In this document: one piece after another, positions 53,392 through 63,400 of the stretch | Position numbering within the stretch: position 1 is the stretch's first letter | Layout: each line of letters starts with the position of its first letter | Assembly: GCA_963764625.1 (NCBI GenBank) | Contig: CAVXTH010000005.1 | Span: 192,001-256,000, forward strand | Reading direction: 5' to 3' | Length of the DNA stretch: 64,000 nt | From: Candidatus Krumholzibacteriota bacterium | GTDB taxonomy: Bacteria > Krumholzibacteriota > Krumholzibacteriia > JAJRXK01 | Position numbers and translations under genes: made by a program | The notes under the pieces: generated by a model | The model's database searches: none | The model's input: the letters and a program-made list of their open reading frames with translations, nothing else | What the model was told of the DNA's origin: nothing

Positions 53392-54411
53392 TCACTGAGC
53401 CCACTGCGGGAGGGCGCCGCGGGCAAAGGCCGCCAGCGCGAGTGAGTCTCTCTGGCCGGCCGCGAGCCGCAGGCGGCCGGCCCAGGCGATCATGGCCGCG
53501 TTGTCGGTGCAGTAGCGCAGGGCGGGCGGGTGGAAGGAAAGGCCCCGTTCGGCTGCCAGTTTCGCGAAGGCCGAACGCAGGGAGCCATTCGCCGCCACCC
53601 CGCCGGCCAGGTAGAGTCCGCGAATTCCCTCGTCCTGACAGGCCTGAAGCGCGGCGGCGGTCTTGAGCATCAGACTCTTGATGACGCTGTCCTGGAGCGC
53701 GCGGGCGAGATCGCATTTCTCCTGCTCGGACACATCCTCGCCCAGGCCCTGCAGGCGCAGGCGTACTGCGGTCTTGAGTCCGCTGAAGGAAAAATCGAGT
53801 TCGTCACGCTGACGCAATCCCACCGGCAACTCTACCTCGGAGGGACGGCCTCGCGCGGCCATCTTCTCGATCACCGGCCCCCCCGGATACCCCAGGCCCA
53901 TGAGCTTGGCCGTCTTGTCCAGAGTCTCGCCTGCCGCGTCGTCTCGGGTGCTCCCCAAGATCTCGTACGATCCCGGCGCACGCGTCAACACGGTTTGCGT
54001 ATGTCCCCCACTCACCACCAGAACCAAAGCGGGCAGCGCCATCGGACTCTCGATTCCGTTGGCGAGGATATGACCCTCGATGTGATGGATCCCGACGAAA
54101 GGCAGACACTTGGCCCAGGCCAAAGCCTTCGCGCAGCTCAATCCCATGAGCACCGCCCCGATGAGACCCGGCCCGTTGGTCGCAGCAATTCCCTCCACCT
54201 CGTCCAACGACCACGAAGCGTCCTGAAGGGCCGCATCCAAAACGGGAATGATGTTGCGCAGGTGAGCGCGCGAGGCGAGCTCTGGAACCACTCCGCCGAA
54301 ACGCGCGTGGAGATCCACCTGGGAGCTCACGAGGTTCGAACGCACCCCGCCTGCATCCACGCAGGCCACACTCGTTTCGTCGCAGGAGCTCTCGATGCCC
54401 AAGACCCTCAT
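53392..54411 (-). CDS. tsaD: tRNA N6-threonylcarbamoyladenosine transferase TsaD
   Basis: LGIESSCDETS, GGVVPELASRAH, HHIEGH, VSGGHT, TDNAAMIA. Confidence 0.97.
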   Translation of the reverse strand: MRVLGIESSCDETSVACVDAGGVRSNLVSSQVDLHARFGGVVPELASRAHLRNIIPVLDAALQDASWSLDEVEGIAATNGPGLIGAVLMGLSCAKALAWAKCLPFVGIHHIEGHILANGIESPMALPALVLVVSGGHTQTVLTRAPGSYEILGSTRDDAAGETLDKTAKLMGLGYPGGPVIEKMAARGRPSEVELPVGLRQRDELDFSFSGLKTAVRLRLQGLGEDVSEQEKCDLARALQDSVIKSLMLKTAAALQACQDEGIRGLYLAGGVAANGSLRSAFAKLAAERGLSFHPPALRYCTDNAAMIAWAGRLRLAAGQRDSLALAAFARGALPQWAQ

Positions 54412-55970
54412 CGCTTCGCCTCTTGCAGTTGCAAACCTACCGGACCCAGCTCCTCGAGCAGATCGCGGGCGAGCAGCCCCGCTTCCCCGACCCTCGAGGA
54501 CACCCGGTCGCCGGCCGCTCCGTGCATCCACGCGCCTAGACACGCGGCCTCGAACGCGTCGTATCCGCCCGCCAGCAGGGCCGCGATCACCCCCGCCAAC
54601 ACGTCACCGGTTCCCGCGCTAGCCAGGGCGACGTCGCCCGAGCCGATCACCGCGAAGGCACCGTCGGGGGCAGCGATCATGGTGGGAGCGCCCTTGTGCA
54701 GAAGCACGACACCAAACTCGGCCGCAGTCCTCTTCAAACTTTCCACCCTGCCCACTCCCAGGTCGAGATCCGCATCGGTCAAGCGGCGCAGTTCACCGCT
54801 GTGCGGCGTGATCACCGAGCCTTCGGGCAACTTCAATGGAGTCTGCAGACGAGCGAAGGCGTTGAGTCCGTCGGCGTCGACGACCATCGGTTTGTCGAGC
54901 GCGCCCGCCGTTTCCAGGACGAGCTTCGCGGTCGAAAGATCGGCTCCGAGTCCGGGCCCCAACAGAACCGCGGAATGGCGCTCGCCGTAGCGAACGATCT
55001 CACCCAGAATCTCGGGCGAGAGGGTTCCGGCCGAAGTCTCGCGCATCGGGCGCACCAGGACTTCGAGACAGCTTAGGTCCACCGTCAGGCGCTGACTTCC
55101 CGGCACCAGGGCCTCGACCAACCCGGCGCCGCTGCGCATGGCTCCGAGGCAAGCCAGGGAAACCGCACCGGACATTCCCGTGCTTCCCCCCACCACCAGC
55201 AGACTTCCCACCGAGTACTTGTGAGCGTCGTGGGCCCGCGGTTTCCACCAGCCACTGGCAAGCGTCTTTCCCACGTACAGCGCCGATCCCTCGCCAACCT
55301 TCAACTGCGCCTGCACCACCTCCTCGGGAAAGGAGAGTGGTACGATCGAGATCTTCCCGCAGTAAGCTCGGCCGGGGGGAAGGACGAGACCCCACTTCGC
55401 CAGTCCGAAGGTGGCGCAGAGGTCCGCCGACACCGCCACTGGGTCGACCTCGCCAGTGCTGGCGTGAAGACCGCTGGGCAAATCGAGGGCGAGCACGCGG
55501 CGGCCGAGGGCGTTGATCGCCTCGACGACTTCGAGGAGGCGGCCGCGCAGGGGAGGACGAAATCCGGTGCCGAGGACCCCATCCACCAGGGCCCGTCCAG
55601 GATGCTCGCGGGCGATCCGGCTCAATTCGGCTCCGGCGTTCTCTCCTAGCACCTGCAGCGGAACCCCCGCCTCACGGGCTCGAATGAGGTTGGTGGCCGC
55701 ATCCCCCTGGAACTCACCCTGATCTTTCAAGAGCAGCGCGCGGACCGAGTGCCCTTCCCCCTTCAGCAGACGCGCCACCACCAGCCCGTCGCCTCCGTTG
55801 TTTCCGCCTCCGCAAAGCACGAGAGTGGTGCCCCAGAGCCAATCGGGCTTGGCCAATAGAAGTCGGGCAGCGCCCGCGCCGGCCTCCTCCATGAGTTGAA
55901 TCCCGGCGACGCCCGCCCTTATTGAAGCCGCGTCGATGGCGCGGATCGCGGCTGAATCCACGACGAACAT
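54408..55970 (-). CDS. nnr: bifunctional NAD(P)H-hydrate epimerase/dehydratase
   Basis: LME.AG, GGNNGGDG, D.PSG, VDADGL, TPH.GE, LASAGTGDVLAG; ATG 55970 with GGAGG SD. Confidence 0.95.
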   Translation of the reverse strand: MFVVDSAAIRAIDAASIRAGVAGIQLMEEAGAGAARLLLAKPDWLWGTTLVLCGGGNNGGDGLVVARLLKGEGHSVRALLLKDQGEFQGDAATNLIRAREAGVPLQVLGENAGAELSRIAREHPGRALVDGVLGTGFRPPLRGRLLEVVEAINALGRRVLALDLPSGLHASTGEVDPVAVSADLCATFGLAKWGLVLPPGRAYCGKISIVPLSFPEEVVQAQLKVGEGSALYVGKTLASGWWKPRAHDAHKYSVGSLLVVGGSTGMSGAVSLACLGAMRSGAGLVEALVPGSQRLTVDLSCLEVLVRPMRETSAGTLSPEILGEIVRYGERHSAVLLGPGLGADLSTAKLVLETAGALDKPMVVDADGLNAFARLQTPLKLPEGSVITPHSGELRRLTDADLDLGVGRVESLKRTAAEFGVVLLHKGAPTMIAAPDGAFAVIGSGDVALASAGTGDVLAGVIAALLAGGYDAFEAACLGAWMHGAAGDRVSSRVGEAGLLARDLLEELGPVGLQLQEAKR

Positions 55971-56023
55971 CCCAAACCTCCACGGATCATGGCGTCCATG
56001 CGCGATGATGCTAGTGTAAACCA

Positions 56024-56863
56024 ATGATGTTCACACCGCGCCCGGAAGCGAGTCAACTGTTCGAGCGTCTGAGCTTCGCGAGACTCTTCTTCATGGCCTT
56101 GGCGCTGGTCGCCCTCAACCTGAGTCTTCAGCTCAGTCTCGATGAGGCGCTGGACAGCGAGCTGTGGGCCGCGCTTCTCTCGAGCATCCTGGTCTTCGTG
56201 GGCATGCCGTTCCTCTTGGCCCGGGTACTGGGCGATCACCCACTCCGGAGCTTTCGACTCCATCTTCCCCGTCCCAAGAGTTTCGCGCTCGTCACGCTCA
56301 TCACGGTGGCGTCCGTGTTCCCCATCGATCTCTTGACCACGCTCAACTCACGGCTGCTCTCGGTTCCCCCCGAGGTTCTGGAGAACATGCGACAGCTCAA
56401 GCCTGATTCCGTACCGAGTTGGGCCATGGCGGTTTGTGCCCTCTGCGTCGTGACGCCCCTGGGAGAAGAGATCGTCTTTCGGGGGCTCCTGCAGCAGGCG
56501 GCCCTCCTGCGCATGGGGGCCGTTCAGGCCATCGCCATGTGCGCCATTCTCTTCGCGGCGGTTCACCTGCAGCCCTACTACCTCGCTGGTCTCATCTCGG
56601 TGGGTGTTCTCCTCGGCGTCATCTTTCTACGCACGGGCAATTTGAGCGCGAGCATCTACGCACACGGGCTCTACAACCTCATCAGCCTCGTCACTCTGTC
56701 TCCAAAGAACACGAATGCGGAGACCAGTCTGACGACCGGCGTCCTCGGCTGGTCCCTGGCGGCCGCCGGTCTTTTGATTTGCTGGTGGGCGCTGAAACGA
56801 CTGAGCCCAGATGGATTCGAAGATCCTACTTGGAAGATTGAACGATCGGTCGACCAAGACTGA
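56024..56863 (+). CDS. CPBP (CAAX/Abi) intramembrane glutamic endopeptidase
   Basis: EEIVFRG, FAAVH, HGLYN motifs; multi-TM. Confidence 0.9.
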   Translation: MMFTPRPEASQLFERLSFARLFFMALALVALNLSLQLSLDEALDSELWAALLSSILVFVGMPFLLARVLGDHPLRSFRLHLPRPKSFALVTLITVASVFPIDLLTTLNSRLLSVPPEVLENMRQLKPDSVPSWAMAVCALCVVTPLGEEIVFRGLLQQAALLRMGAVQAIAMCAILFAAVHLQPYYLAGLISVGVLLGVIFLRTGNLSASIYAHGLYNLISLVTLSPKNTNAETSLTTGVLGWSLAAAGLLICWWALKRLSPDGFEDPTWKIERSVDQD

Positions 56864-57020
56864 TCTCGCCGTTGTCGATGCGAATGTTGAATCCGCAAGT
56901 AGGATTGTTGCACACCCAGGCCTTGTACTGAATCGGGGCGCCGTCGCGTCCATAATCCGAAAGCGGCAACAAGACACCCTTATCACATTTTTGACACACG
57001 GGAAATTCCTTCATCGTCAT
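56826..57020 (-). CDS. small Zn-ribbon-like hypothetical protein
   Basis: CQKC...WVCNNPTC, 64 aa, GGAG SD and its own promoter. Confidence 0.75.
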   Translation of the reverse strand: MTMKEFPVCQKCDKGVLLPLSDYGRDGAPIQYKAWVCNNPTCGFNIRIDNGEISLGRPIVQSSK

Positions 57021-57175
57021 ACCGAACTCCGCTCACAGGCGAGCGAAGAACTCACCTCCCTCTCACGAAGACCGTGCCTCGCGTTCCCCGGATGGTAGAG
57101 AATCCACCCCAGACGGGAACTGAACGGCATGCGGCGCGCGAAGAGGCGTGCCCGGGCGCCGTTCACTGGCGCTTG

Positions 57176-57205
57176 ATTATCCGCAGCGCTCAAAAAGCAT
57201 GTCAA
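57176..57205 (-). promoter_or_regulatory. sigma70-type promoter of Zn-ribbon gene
   Basis: TTGACA-18 nt-GATAAT. Confidence 0.6.
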
Positions 57206-57224
57206 GGACCGATCCGGACCCAAC

Positions 57225-58520
57225 TCAGGTCTTTTGAGGTTTCTTCTTCGCGGCGGGAAAGAGAACGTTGTTCAGGATGAGGCGATAGCCCGGCGAGTGG
57301 GGGTGAAGATCGAGATCGGTCGGAGGGTCGCCCACCGCGTGAGTATAGTCCTCCGGATCGTGTCCTCCGAGGAAAGTGAAGGTGCCCTTGCCCAGGTTGC
57401 CATGGAGATACTTGACCTCGTTGGCGCCCTCCACCTCGGCCAGAATGACCACGCTCTTTTTGATCAAGTCCTTCTTGAATCCGGTAGTTTGCCCCATGAA
57501 TCCGTTGATCACGCTCACTTGGTCCTGCGTCAACATGGCGGGCACCGGATCGTACTTGGCGGCGAAGTTGAAGAGAGTGAAATAGTCGGCTTCGGGTCCC
57601 CTCAGGCGCGCGTAGTTCGAGGTGTCGATGTTGCTGAATTCGTATTCGAGCGGATTGGTGTAGAGGGTGAAGTTCTCGAAGGCCAGGCAGCGCGAGAAAT
57701 CGAGCTTGCTGCGATAGTTGGGATCGACCGGAGTTCCGTCGAAGGGACGGTCGACGAAGTCGACGCCGAGACCGGCCAGGGCGATGTCGAAGGTGTCGGT
57801 GGCAGAACACATGGCAAAGAGGAAGCCTCCGTCGGCCACGAACTGTTTGATGGTCAGAGCCACCGCTCCCTTCAGCTCTCTCACACTCTTGAACCCATGC
57901 GCGGTGGCGATGGTCTCGAAGAGCTTCTTCTGCTCCTTGTACCAGGGCTGGTCTTTGAATGAACCGTAGAACTTGCCGTACTGTCCGGTGAAGTCTTCGT
58001 GGTGAAGGTGGAGCCAGTCGTACTGACTCAGCTTGCCCGCCAATACATCCGAATCAAAAATCGTGTCGAAATCGATCTCGGCGTAGCTCAGGGCCAGAGT
58101 GACCGCGTCATCCCACGGCTGAAAATTCGGTGGCGCATAAATTGCGATGCGGGGTGGAACCTCCAGGAGAACCTCCTCCATGTTCTCCTTGGCGATGACC
58201 TGCCGAATGCGCGCCACCTCTCCCGCGCTCACCCTTTTCGTGGTCACGCCCATGAGCCGGGCCTCCGGTTCCAGAATCGAACCGTTGGGAATGAGAAAAC
58301 TCCCGCCCCGGTAGTTCAAAAGCCAGCTCACCGGCATGTCACGCTTGAGCGCCTTGAACGCCAGACCGTAGGCCTTCAGATGGTTGTCCTGGCTCACGTC
58401 CATTGGAATCAGGATGTCGCTCGCGTGCGCGATCCCCTGGAAGAGCATCGTCGCCGCCAGCACGAGAAAAAAAACGACGAACCATCCACGCAGACTGCTC
58501 CCGGAAGCGCTCGTAATCAT
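57225..58520 (-). CDS. exported class-I GATase-like hypothetical protein (FCB family often labelled 'asparagine synthetase B')
   Basis: Signal peptide ...IAHA|S; ILIPMD, HLKAYG, WLHLHHEDFTGQYGKFY, GGFLFAMCSATD, GGHDPED. Confidence 0.75.
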   Translation of the reverse strand: MITSASGSSLRGWFVVFFLVLAATMLFQGIAHASDILIPMDVSQDNHLKAYGLAFKALKRDMPVSWLLNYRGGSFLIPNGSILEPEARLMGVTTKRVSAGEVARIRQVIAKENMEEVLLEVPPRIAIYAPPNFQPWDDAVTLALSYAEIDFDTIFDSDVLAGKLSQYDWLHLHHEDFTGQYGKFYGSFKDQPWYKEQKKLFETIATAHGFKSVRELKGAVALTIKQFVADGGFLFAMCSATDTFDIALAGLGVDFVDRPFDGTPVDPNYRSKLDFSRCLAFENFTLYTNPLEYEFSNIDTSNYARLRGPEADYFTLFNFAAKYDPVPAMLTQDQVSVINGFMGQTTGFKKDLIKKSVVILAEVEGANEVKYLHGNLGKGTFTFLGGHDPEDYTHAVGDPPTDLDLHPHSPGYRLILNNVLFPAAKKKPQKT

Positions 58521-60486
58521 GGCAGATTCCCATCTCCTTTCGACTTGGCGGCGTCGATCGCGCGGATCTTGTCGCGAACCCCCTCGATGAATATGTAGTC
58601 TTCGTAATCCTTCAGCAGGCGCGCGTAGGAAGCGCGCGCCTTGACGCTGTACCCTTGACGCGACAAGAGATCGCCTTGCAGCTCGAGCGCTTGTGGCGCG
58701 AGACGGCTGGAGGGTTCCTCGGACAGGAGACTGTCGACCTGGACCAGGGCCCGCGCGTCCTTCCCATCGTCGAACCAATGGAGCGCCAGATCGAGACGAG
58801 CCCGCGCCCGCAGGATCGGTGAGTTTTCCCGGGTCAGAGCGCCGAGCTGCGCGAGCAGAGAATCGCTCTCTCCCACCGTCTTGAAGTACAGGGCGCGGCC
58901 GTAGCGCCGCAGGCCGGCCCGATCGTCTCCGCCAAGTGACTCCTCGGTCAGAAGCATCGCGAGATCGAGAGCGTCATTAGTGTAGGAGGCCGAAGGCGAT
59001 TCGAACGCGACCGCACTGAGGCGCTTCTTGGCCCGGTCGAACTCCCCCCCATGAAATCCAGCTGGCCGAGGTGGTAATGCGCGCGACCCTGGCCATCGAC
59101 GAAATTCATGTCCCGTCCCATGGTTTCGAACAGGGTGCGAGCCTCGGTGGTGTCTCCCGCCGCCATGTACGCCTGTCCCAAGCCGACCCGCGCCGTTTCC
59201 GTGTCATCGACGTTGACGTTGGGATTCAACTGGACCCGTCGATAGAGCTCGATGGCCTCTTTGGGTTGATGCAGGATCTCGACGTACGCCCTCGCGAGGC
59301 GCAGGAGCGAGCTGGTCGTATGCTCGTCGTTGGGAAAGCGCTGCATCATATCCAAGAGAGTGGACTTGGCTCCGCTCAGAGTCTCGGCTTGATCCGCCTT
59401 GGGCATCTCGTCGAAGGAGGGATTGGCGAGAAGGGCGATCCAAGTGCGCGTGAGCGCGTCGTACGCGCGCGGCTGCAAGCTCTTGGGCAGACGGTCGGCG
59501 ATCAAAAGGCCATCCAGGATCTTCTGACTCAAACGAAGGCGCTGCAGGTTCGTCCCGGGATCGCTGGCGGGCAAGCGGCTCTCGGCCAGTCCCGCCAACG
59601 CGAGCTGTAGGAGATCGCTCTTCAACTGAGACATGTCGAGCAGAGGTTCGATGACGTCCCAGGCCCCGTGGCCGTCACCATCCAGCTGGCGGAGTTCTCC
59701 GAGCACCAGGCCCAGCTCCGGAATGGCCGGATGTTCCTTGTACACTTTCTCGCAGGTGGCCCGAATCGCGGGAGCAGCCGGAGGATTGGATTCTCTCAGG
59801 TCGAGAATCTGCGCGCGCATCAGTTCCACGTTCATCGGAGTGTCCAGGATCACGTACAGATATTCTCGAACCGCATCCACGGTTCTCCCCATCCGGACGT
59901 AGGTCGCGCCCAGTTCCTGCGCCAGCGCATAGGGATCGCTCGATTTCTTCCGCGCCGCGAGCAACACCGCGAGTGCCTCCTCGTCGTGCTTGTATCTGCC
60001 GAGAACGGCGGCGACCATGCGGGCGTACGACAGCTCGCCGGGGTGCGCGTCGAGGATCTCATGAAGGCTCGCGATCGCCTCCTTGTCCTTGCCCATTTCC
60101 ATAAGAGCCTGGGCCAGGAGTCGGAGCGTGCCGACCTCGTCGCCTTCGCCCTCCTTTAGCTGTCGCCGCAGCAATTTCTCCAGATCGGGGTAGCGCCGCG
60201 TATCGCGGTAGAGACTCGCCAGCTGGCGCGCGATCAGGCGGTCGAATCCGTACTGGTGCAGATAGCCCTCCAGCTGATTGATGGCCTCGGCCGAACGACC
60301 GCGCGCGGCGAGTAGCTCCGCGCTCTTGAGGGTTCTCAGCCGCTTAACCGACATCCCGCTGCTGTCAGCAGGGGCTTCCTGCACGATCGGGGGCACTGTT
60401 TTCGGCTCTGATTGCGCTCGACTCGAGCGCGCCAGACCGAGGAAGAAACAGCAGCCGAAAACCAAAAGAACGCGAGAGAGCCTCAT
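58517..60486 (-). pseudogene. exported TPR protein split by a frameshift at a G7 run (59044-59050); real or assembly artefact
   Basis: ORF 58948-60486 continues in another frame as EFDRAKKRL...YTNDALDLAMLL... to stop 58517. Confidence 0.7.
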
Positions 60487-63400
60487 TTGGTCGCGTCCTT
60501 GCCCTGGAGTTCGTCCTGGATCCGCCGGAAATAGCGCCGCACCTCGTCCTGATATTCCCGCGGCGCCGCGTCGGGCGCGAGCCAGCGGCGTAGTTCGCGC
60601 TTGCGGTCCTCTCGCCCTTCGGACAGCTGGCTGCCCTCTTGATTCTGGTAGAGGTGCTCCGACTCCTTCGACTCGCGTCTCTTGGCGAAGTCCCGTTCGC
60701 GCACCGAGCGCTCGGCATCCAGCAGCCTGGAGAGGATTCGGTCCTGGAGCTGACGCGTTTCCGGATCGAGGCGCCCCGACTGGAGATTCTTGGCTGAGTG
60801 CTCCATGTCCTGCGAGAGCTTGCCGAGATCGCCCAGCACGCGTCGTTCGTCGTCGAGAGATTTGTGCAGTTCATCGAGCTGGCGGCGGATCTTCTCCTGC
60901 ATGGCGCGCATCCGCGCGAGCTGGCCTCTCTCCTGGGCGCTGAGTCCCTGCTGCATTCTCTGTTGCAGATCCTTCGTCATGGCGTTGAGACGCGATTGTT
61001 CTCCCGCCATTTCCTTCATTTGTTGCGATGCACTCGCGCCGCTGCCCGATCCCTGGCCTTGCTGCTCGGCCGAGGTCAAGAGCCCGATCACGATCTTGTT
61101 CATCATGCCCATGGAGGTCTCGGCCTCTTCGCGCGCCCGGCGCGGACGGGAATATTCCAGCTGATGAGTGGACGACTGCATGGTTTCCACCAGATCCCTC
61201 ATGCTTTCCAGCAGCTTCTCGCCGATCAGGAAGTTCTTCTTGGCGAGATCCTGCAGATCCTCCGAGAGCTTGGTGGCGCCGCGCGTCAGGCGCGCCTGTT
61301 CTCGAGTGATCGGCTGTACGCGTTGATCCCGGACCCCATCGTCCAACTGGCGCACCACGTGCTCCTGCTCAAAGCTCACGCGCAGCAAGTCGTAGGCGGT
61401 CTGTTGCAGTTTCTCGATGGCGAAGCTCTTGGTCGTCATCGTCATGCCGCTCTTGCCTTCGGCCAGGGTCTTGTAGAGGCTGATGAGCCGGTCCATTGCC
61501 TCCTGCATTTCCTTGGTGACTTGTTTTTGGTCACCGTTCTGCATCTGATCGCTCGCGTCCTTCATCGACTTGGAAGCCTTGCCGTCCTGATTCATCTGCT
61601 TCTGGGCGTCCTGCAGAGCGTCCTGCATCTCCTTCGCCGAGGGATCGTCGGCCTCTCCTGCGTCTCTCTGCTCCTTCAGGCGCTTCAGCTCTTCCTCCAG
61701 CCGCTTCTCGAGCTCCTGAGTCTGCTCGGAGAGTTTCTTTTGCAGACGCGCCAGGTCCTCTTGACTCAGCTTCGATGGGTCCCCGCTCTTGGCCTCAGAG
61801 CCCGACTTGGGCTGCGAAGCCTCCGCGCCAAGGGAATCCGCCCGCGAGGACTGCGAAGCGTCCGTACCGAGCGAATCCGCCTGCGAGGACTCGGCCTTGG
61901 GATTCATGGCGCGCCGCAGTTCTTCCTGACGGGAAAGAGCTTCCGCCGCCTCTTCCATCAGATCGTCCATCGCGTGCTCGCGTTCGAGTTTCCGCAGCAG
62001 CTCGATGCTTCGGTCGAGGCGTCGATTCCATTCCTCCTGGGCGGTGGCGGCATCTTCCATCGCCTGCTGCATCTCCGAGGGTGAAAGTTTGTCCATCGCC
62101 TTCTTCATCGCCTGCAGATAGCTGTCCAGGTTGGCGTCCTGGAGTTTTTCCAGGAGATTCTGGATGGTTTCCATTTTCTGCAGCATCTCGACGCTGCCCG
62201 AGTTGTTCTTCTGGAATTCCTCGAGCATCAAATTCATGCGCTGGGCCTCCTCCTGGGCCTTTTCACGGAATGCTCTCTGATCCTCGAGCGCTTTCTCGAT
62301 TTCCTGCTGCTTGGTCCAGTCCGGTTTGGGGTTCTTCAGCAGCTCCCGGCGGAGTCGATCCAGGTTCTCCTGCAACTCCTTGCCCTGATCGAGCATGCCC
62401 TTCAACTGATCGTTCTGTTGACTGCGTTCGCTTTGCTGGCCCTTTAGAACCTCCGCCACAGTGGGCAGACGCAGGTGTTGCACCAGACTTCGGGATCGTT
62501 GTCCTCCCACCAGCTCATCGTTGTCGACCGCCTCGAGGCAATAGCTCAAGACGTCTCCCGGAAAGAGCTGCACGTCTCCCAGATGCCAGGTGAAGGCCAG
62601 GGCGAGTTCCTTCGTGCCGGCGTCGATTTGCAGATCCTTGATCGCGTCGCTGCTCAGGTTCGGCTTGGCTTTCTCCACCAGACTGGACCGGCGCCAGTCC
62701 TGCTCGTCGGGAGTGCGGTAGAGAAGGTCGACCCGCCGCAGTCCGACGTCGTCGGCCGCGAGCCCTTCGACCTGGACCGTGAGATCGCGGTCGAGAGAGT
62801 ACTCGGGAGAGGGCGCGGTGAGTCGAACGCTGGGCGGTTCGTCGGGGATGGCGTTGAAGTGGTAGACGATGGCCGAATCGCCGCTGATTCCCTCTTTTCC
62901 CTCGAGCGCGAAGGAAAATGCCATGTCCGACTCCACCCGCAGGGTATCGCTGAATTCAGTGCCCGTGAGGGCGAGAGTGATCGCCGCGCCGTCGCCTTCC
63001 ATCACCCGTCGGGCGTTGCCCAGCGGCACGCTCGCCGTCCCCTTCAAGATGACGGTGGTGCCGGTGAGCACCGCGGTGGTGCCGCCGAGATCCTCTTTCT
63101 CCTCGATGGCAAGTCCGGTGTAGGCCGGGGGAATCAAGCGCGCCGCGAGAGCCCGCAGCACGGGACGTTCGCGGATTCGCACCTCGTGTGCCCGGGTGAG
63201 CAGTTCTCCCTTACGAAAGCGGTAGCGGAAGGGGTCCTTCACCTGCTCGACTCTCCCGCTGATTTCCAGGTAGGGGCTGCGCGAGGGATCAGGCGTGACA
63301 TCGACGGTCGGGAATTCCTGCCAGTAATCGCCCGTGTAGGAAACCAGCAAAACCACTGGCTCCTTGCCGCCGATGAGATCGCGCGCGTGCAGCTCCGCGT

